Origin: Hormiphora californensis
Taxonomy: Eukaryota > Animalia > Ctenophora
Length of the DNA: 64,000 nt
Direction: 5' to 3'
Assembly: GCA_020137815.1 (NCBI GenBank)
Contig: CM035358.1
Location: forward strand, 2,294,001 to 2,358,000
Below the pieces are notes generated by a model. It made no database searches and had not been told where the DNA came from. It worked only from the letters and a program-made list of their open reading frames with translations. The number at the start of each line of letters is the position of its first letter. Position 1 is the first letter of the stretch. Positions 60,915-64,000 of this stretch are shown here, in pieces. The position numbers and the translations under genes are program-made.

Positions 60915-63300
60915 GATCTACTCCATCTCTCAGCTATCCTACCCCTCATCAACTCGATCTCTCAGCTACCCTACCCCTCATCTACTCCATCTTTCAGCTA
61001 CCCTACCCCTCATCTACTCCATCTTTCAGCTACCCTACCCCTTATCTAGTCCATCTCTCAGCTACCCTACTCCTCATCTACTCAATCTCTCAGCTTCCCT
61101 ATTAGGGAAGCATAGAGATGGAAACGATTAGGGGTAGGGAATCCCTATCCATAATCGTTTCCATCTCTATGCTTCCCTAGCCCTCATCAACTCCATCTTT
61201 CAGCTACCCTACCCCTAATCTAGTCCATCTCTCCGCTACCCTACTCCTCATCTACTCCATCTCTCAGCTACCCTACCTCCCATTTACTCCATCTCTCAGC
61301 TTCCCTACCTCCCATTTACTCCATCTCTCAGCTTACCTACCTCCCATTTACTCCATATCTCAGCTTCCCTACCTGCCATTTACTCCATCTCTCAGATACC
61401 CTACCTCCCATTTACTCCATCTCTCAGCTTCCCTACCTCCCATTTACTCCATCTCTCAGCTTCCCTACCTCCCATTCACTCCATCTCTCAGCTTCCCTAC
61501 CTCCCATTTACTCCATCTCTCAGCTACCCTACCTCCCATTCACTCCATCTCTCAGCTACCCTACCTCCCATTTACTCCATCTCTCAGCTTCCCTACCTCC
61601 CATTTACTCCATCCCTCAGCTTCCCTACCTCCCATTTACTCCATCCTTGCCTCCCATTTACTCCATCTCTCAGCTACCCTACCTCCCATTCACTCCATCT
61701 CTCAACTACCCTACCTCCCATTTACTCCATCTCTCAGCTTCCCTACCTCCCATTTACTCCATCTCTCAGCTTACCTACCTCCCATTTACTCCATCCTTGC
61801 CTCCCATTTACTCCATCTCTCAGCTACCCTACCTCCCATCCACTCCATCTCTCAACTATCCTACCTCCCATTTACTCCATCTCTCAGCTACCCTACCTCC
61901 CATTTACTTCATCTCTCAGCTTCCCTTCCTCCCATTTACTCCATCTCTCAGCTTCCCTACCTCCCATTTACTCCATCGCTTACCTTCCCTACCTCCCATT
62001 TACTCCATCTCTCAGCTTCCCTACCTCCCATTTACTCCATCTCTCAGCTACCCTACCTCCCATTTACTTCATCTCTCAGCTTCCCTACCTCCCATTTACT
62101 CCATCTCTCAACTACCCTACCTGCCATTTACTCCATCTCTCAGATACCCTACCTCCCATTTACTCCATCCCTCAGCTTCCCTACCTCCCATTTACTCCAT
62201 CTCTCAGCTTCCCTACCTCCCATTTACTCCATCTCTCAGCTACCCTACCTCCCATTTACTTCATCTCTCAGCTTCCCTACCTCCCATTTACTCCATCTCT
62301 CAGCTTCCCTACCTCCCATTTACTCCATCGCTTACCTTCCCTACCTCCCATTTACTCCATCTCTCAGCTTCCCTACCTCCCATTTACTCCATCTCTCAGC
62401 TACCCTACCTCCCATTTACTCCATTTCTCAGCTTCCCTACCTCTCATTTACTCCATCTCTCAGCTACCCTACCTCCCATTTACTCCATCTCTCAGCTTCC
62501 CCACCTCCCATTTACTCCATCTCTCAGCTACCCTACCTCCCATTTACTCCATCGCTCAGCTTCCCTACCTCCCATTTACTCCATCTCTCAGCTACCTTAC
62601 CTTCTATTTACTCCATCTCTCAGCTTCCCTACCTCCCATTTACTCCATCTCTCAGCTACCCTAGCTCCCATTTACTCCATCTCTCAGCTACCCTACCTCC
62701 CATTTACTCCATCTCTCAGCTACCTTACCTCCCATTTACTCCATCTCTCAGCTTACCTACCTCCCATTTACTCCATCTCTCAGCTTCCCTACCTCCCATT
62801 TACTCCATCCCTAAGCTTCCCTACCTGCAATTTACTCCATCGCTTACCTTCCCTACCACCCATTTACTCCATCTCTCAGCTTTCCTACCTCCCATTTACT
62901 TCATCTCTCAGCTTCCCTACCTCCCATTTACTCCATCTCTCAGGGGTAGGAATGTTAGGATAAATGAGAGATGGAGTAAATGGGAGGTAGGGAAGCTGAG
63001 AGATGGATCAAATGGGAGGTAGGGTAGCTGAGGGATGGAGTAAATGGGAGGTAGGGAAGCTGAGAGATGGAGTAAATGGGAGGTAGGTAAGCTGAGAGAT
63101 GGAGTAAATGGGAGGTAGGGAAGGTAAGCGATGGAGTGAATGGGAGGTAGGGAAGCTGAGAGATGGAGTAAATGGGAGGTAGGGAAGCTGAGAGATGAAG
63201 TAAATGGGAGGTAGGGTAGCTGAGAGATGGAGTAAATGGGAGGTAGGGAAGCTGAGAGATGGAGTAAATGGGAGGTAGGGAAGGTAAGCGATGGAGTAAA
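60915..63300. repeat. 32-bp satellite array with strand inversion at ~62943
   Basis: Unit CCCTACCTCCCATTTACTCCATCTCTCAGCTW to 62943, reverse complement 62961-63300. Confidence 0.95.
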
Positions 63301-63391
63301 CACGGCGTGCCTGGTGAAATTTTAACACGACCTAGCATGCGACGGGAAACCACCACTTGTACGTGGTAGCTGAGGGTCTACAGAATGGCGC

Positions 63392-64000
63392 TACGGTGCG
63401 GGAAAAAAAAGTCCATGCCCTAAAATCGTTTTTTTTACTTTTATTTGATTTGGGTCAAAATTGGCTATATTAAACGTGGTCCCGAAAAATCCATAATGAC
63501 TTAGCACACGAAATATGTCACCCCTACCTATTTTTGCACGTAGAATCGATTGCCGTTGAAGTCGAATCTCTAAAATGACTGTAAAATGGTCAAAAGTTGA
63601 TTTTTTACCATTTTTTGGAGGTTTTTGGCCCCTAAACCATTGAAAACGTTGAGATAGGGATTTGAAACTAGTGGTCATTTTTCTACCAAGAACCAAGTTT
63701 TCGTGTATATCCGATTTATGGTTAGATTTGGGCAAATTGTTGAAATCTGCCAACTAGGAGAACCGTAACTTGATTTTCTTGTTTTTTGGATTTTGGCATT
63801 TTTGACAAACTTCTAATTGAAATGGTCAATCGGGACCATGCTTAAGTTGTTTATGGGACAATTTTCGACTAAAATCCAAGATTTCATACCAATCCAATAA
63901 CAGATCGTTGATTTATAGAAAATTTAAGTAGGCAAAACGGTCAAAATAAGCAAGAAAAGTTGTCATTTTGACCGTTTTGCCTACTTAAATTTTCTATAAA
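63392..64000. mobile_element. Probable foldback/MITE-like element truncated by window end
   Basis: 36-bp perfect inverted arms 63912-63947 / 63965-64000; TA-CGGTG start near 63392 resembles Tc1/mariner-type ends (weak). Confidence 0.45.

Noticed and set aside
61647-63356. 438-aa and antisense ORFs in the satellite
   Set aside because: By-product of a stop-free 32-bp repeat cycling through frames.

Overview
Eukaryotic (animal) genomic DNA, intron-rich, with many (CT)n microsatellites. A 109-bp MITE and GTAACCATGGTAAC-type motifs that I recall from pleurobrachiid ctenophore sequence suggest a comb jelly (inference, not verified). Main content: (1) a >41-kb + strand RasGEF (REM + CDC25) gene whose constant exons (36838-42369) appear to be fed by several alternative, phase-compatible 5' exon modules, one a 1.9-kb exon with 20 x 12-aa RGD-containing repeats; (2) a head-to-head pair nested in its intron, an intronless coiled-coil/C3HC4 RING gene (-) and a two-exon coiled-coil/PX-like gene (+); (3) a young 5'-truncated L2-type LINE; (4) intronless VPS36 followed about 210 bp later by a ~28-exon SMARCA2/4 (BRM/BRG1) gene with no recognisable BRK domain; (5) many non-autonomous DNA elements (hAT-like, MULE-like, Kolobok-like, a Helentron/HINE nested in a MITE, a G-run MITE carrying a tRNA-Val remnant); (6) a minimal hammerhead ribozyme; (7) tandem duplications centred on splice sites; (8) a 32-bp satellite with an inversion. 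About 17.9-21.6 kb looks like low-quality consensus. Exon boundaries were assigned by eye and may be off by a few bases.
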